64,000 nucleotides of DNA from Rhizodiscina lignyota (Eukaryota), in the NCBI GenBank assembly GCA_010015805.1, contig ML978130.1, forward strand, positions 992,001-1,056,000, written 5' to 3'. The translations under genes and the position numbers were made by a program. How positions within the stretch are numbered: the stretch's first letter is position 1; each line of letters starts with the position of its first letter. This document shows positions 60,873 through 64,000 of the stretch, piece by piece. The notes under the pieces were generated by a model, which was not told where the DNA came from, searched no databases, and was given only the letters and a program-made list of their open reading frames with translations.

Positions 60873-62231
60873 TCAAGGCCACTCCCCCATGCTCCTCTCC
60901 ATCCGATCAATCAGACATTCCCCCTTACTATTAATCTGCGTCCTCAAATACCTCAGCGTCTCGGGGTCCTGCGTATACAACTCCTCGCTCCGCGCTCCAC
61001 ACGCAATGTTCGGCGCACCATCCTTCTTCGGCCCGTCTTCGTCCTCCTGTTCGTTCACAGCCGCGATCTCGCTTGGCCCGTCGTCGTGATGAAACAGCTC
61101 CGGATTGACGCTGTAGCACAGCCAGCCGAGGTCGCGGCAGGCCTCGAGGATGCGCACGTCGTACGCGGGCGTGCCCTCGTCGCCTTCCTTGTCGAATTCT
61201 TCGAGTATTCTTTCTGCGCTTTTTCTATTGACTGCGTATGCGAATGTGCAGAGGGGCCAGACGGAGCGGTGCACTAGGCGTGATTGGTGGGGGAGCTGCA
61301 GGTCTTTCCAGAATTTCCGAGTGCGGACGTGTAAGTGTGAGACGGGAGGGAGGGTGGTATCGTGGATGGTGGTATGCGGGAGGTTGTTGCGTAGACGATT
61401 AGCAGAGAAGAAGTCGCCGCAGTGGCCGAGGTAGAGTATCTCCCATTGTGAAGGATGGCCCCAGTAATCAGTTTCGGGGTTGTCGATGAGGGCGGACATG
61501 CTATTGTTTTGGCTAATGTTGTTTGGAGGTGCTTTCTTCAGGCGCTTTGTAGATGTGGGGGATGATGATGGCGAAGGCGATGAAGAAGATTGTGATGAGG
61601 AGACGAGCTTGCGGAAAGCGGCCGAAATGGCGGGGACTTGGGTGGATCGGAGATGGATGTCCCAATCCACGTCGTCCTCGATTATTACTGCTGTGTCGAG
61701 GTTGCTCTGCATGAACCTGCGCCAGTATTATGAGTGTACATAAGCCAGATTGGAATGCATGATATACATACCATCTTAGAGCGTGCAAGTGACCCAGCCA
61801 TGCTCGAGCAGAACCACGGCTAATTTTCGATCCGTCCTTCTTTCGTATTTTCTCAATGTCTTCGTCCGACCAATCTGGCTGTGTGGGGATGGTGATATCG
61901 ATGTCTGTGAGATTTGCTGCGTACAACAAACGCTCTTGTCTCTTCGATCCTTGTCGTGATACTGCTATGACTGTGCCGAACTATATCGAAGGTCAGCGAG
62001 GGTTCTCCGACATGGTAGAGGGCTGCGAGGCCGCTATAGCCATTCGGATTGACATACACCTAGAGTTGCGTTCGCGGGCTCAGGTTTCGCTTCCCTTTCT
62101 TCTTCGTGATGAACGGTGGGGATAGTACGCTTGTGGAGAGATACTGTAGCTCGTGTGGAGCGGAGATGGATCAAGGTTCCGATGCAGCCGAGGAAGAAGA
62201 TAACTAGGAGACGCGTAATGAGCGTTTTCAT
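60873..62231 (-). CDS. Glycosyltransferase family 25 protein
   Basis: N-terminal TM, PANATLG, GSARAWLGHL, AVIIEDDVDWD, WEILYLGHCG, PLCTFAYAV. Two introns. Confidence 0.85.
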
Positions 62232-63561
62232 ACTCTCCACATCCTCTTCTTGTGATGTACCGAATATTAAGGACGCTAGAAGGGTATGCGTCACCAAAGC
62301 TGGGTATGTCGGTCAACGACGCCAAGCCTTTCAGTCTGGTCGACAGACGAACGAATGGAAGAGCAACGAAAGAGAGCAAAAAAGAGGCTGGCAAGAAGAA
62401 ACGAGTCGCTGGAGGATTGGAAGAGATATATTGGAAGCAAGAGCATGATATTTCAGCGAATGGGCTCCACGTGCAGCACCGCGACGGTGTGCGTTTCAAG
62501 AGCTCTCGGTCCGGAGAGGACAGCGGTGGGGTCTTCCACGCCTGCCATCTTGCAAGCAGGAGACTCTGAGAAACTCCAGACGATTGAGGTCGCAGAGACA
62601 ATGGAGATGTTCGCAGAAGTACGCAAATGGACAGATCGTTTCTGGGCTGTCGCTGTTAAGGAAACTGAATTGAGTACACATAGGGCTCGACGTGGCAGCC
62701 CTACGAGAAATGAAGTGTCTCAAGAGAATTACAATAAGAGTCTTACAGCTTACTACAGATAGCGAAGTGCTTGATTTGGGTTATCCTTCCAAGGTCGAGC
62801 TGATGCTTTGGACATACTTTGTGGGGAGATGGAAGGAGGTCGAGCGATGCTTCTTGGCAAGTCTGGCAAGCTTCTCGAAGCTCATGCGGCGACGGCACGC
62901 GTTTCGAGCTGCCTCTTGGCCGTAGCACGGCATGCGGTCCGAAGGAGAGAAGAAAGAGCGCTCGATTGCAATCCATGTGGCTGACAGGCTCGTGTTACTT
63001 GGCTATCCGCACCGCCAATTGATCGCACAGCGTCCCAGCGACGGTGATCGCCAGGAGAAGCTGGCAAGTCACCGTGTGCGGATGCCTTCCTTCGCGGCCA
63101 GGGGTAGAGTCATGTGCCACAAGCGCGGGAGGCAGGTGAGGCTGGCCTGCAACATGGAAGGCGTGTCGCTGCACCTGCTGTGCACTGCTGCGTGCTGCAA
63201 ATGGCACGCAGAGATGTCTCGAATAAAGTGAGAAGAGTCTGAAGCATCTCAAATAGCGACCTGTCAGACACAAACTCTCCGCAGAGGCGGGCGCTAACGG
63301 GCGGCCCCTGGGCCGATCTCCATCCACGCTCCATCACGCGACCGCATCTCATCTCCACGCCGAGCGAATGGGCAGCAATACGAGCGGAAAGCATGTTTGC
63401 TGCCCTTTTCAGCTCCACCTCCACTTCTTTTGTCACATCTGTCTCTCGCTTCTTTGTGCACGCTCGTCCTTGCATGCCACGCATTCCACTGCCTCGCGAC
63501 ACCCCGAGCAGAACCCCAGCCACTTGCTGACCGGAACATTAAAAAGCGGGCACAACCCACA

Positions 63562-64000
63562 ATGGCGGATGCCGCCGATCCTCCTGGCATAGGCGATTCA
63601 TCTGTCAAAACCGCCGTTGCGCGCTCGCTCTCACGCTACCGTTCGGTGCGCAGGCAGCAGAGCCTCACCTCTTCCAGCCCTCCGCCAGTTCCTGTGCCTG
63701 AGCATGCGGCGCTGCCGCCCAATCGCGCAGATATGAATCAGCAGAATGTGCAGCGCAGCATGTCGCGCTACCACCGCAACCGACCCGCAACGTCTGCTGG
63801 CGCTGAACAGCCGCAGCCAGTCCCGCAACTCCCACCGCAAATGCCACCGCAGACTCAGGCGCGTCCTCTGCGTTCCCCCACCAGATACAAGCACATCTCG
63901 CCTCAGCAGAGCTACGATGAAATCATCGACAACTACGCCCAAGCCCCGCAGCGTCAGCGAACAACCACACGGCCGGGCACAGCAGTGCGGCCCCCTGCAA
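63562..64000 (+). CDS. 5' part of a Pro/Gln-rich protein, possibly Ras-association/PH-domain adaptor; truncated by window end
   Basis: Open frame from ATG 63562 (MADAADPP...SRYRSVRRQ...VQRSMSRYHR) to the edge. The family guess rests only on the recalled SRYRSVR/SMSRY motifs. Confidence 0.6.
   Translation, partial: MADAADPPGIGDSSVKTAVARSLSRYRSVRRQQSLTSSSPPPVPVPEHAALPPNRADMNQQNVQRSMSRYHRNRPATSAGAEQPQPVPQLPPQMPPQTQARPLRSPTRYKHISPQQSYDEIIDNYAQAPQRQRTTTRPGTAVRPPA

Overview
Fungal nuclear DNA, most likely a filamentous ascomycete (Pezizomycotina): short introns with CTRAC branch sites, plus Zn2Cys6, HET and NB-ARC-TPR genes. I count about 27 genes and pseudogenes. Housekeeping genes (type II NADH dehydrogenase, nucleoside diphosphate kinase, glucosidase II alpha, PhoD, acyl-CoA dehydrogenase, GT25) alternate with accessory blocks. 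Main points: (1) a ~1,470-aa, 8-exon protein joining a Zn finger, a GBP/atlastin-like P-loop GTPase, a RING-like finger, an intact patatin phospholipase and two C-terminal UIM-like motifs; (2) a tail-to-tail NB-ARC-TPR NLR / HET-domain gene pair; (3) an Mx-like dynamin with an in-frame 24-bp tandem expansion; (4) a Zn2Cys6 - Rieske oxygenase - peroxisomal FAD oxidase mini-cluster whose Rieske gene carries three 1-nt frameshifts; (5) an intronless bacterial-style S41 peptidase; (6) three reading-frame-supported GC-AG introns; (7) further decayed genes. I saw no tRNA, rRNA, CRISPR array or intact transposase. All gene models are manual readings and family calls come from motif recognition, not database searches.
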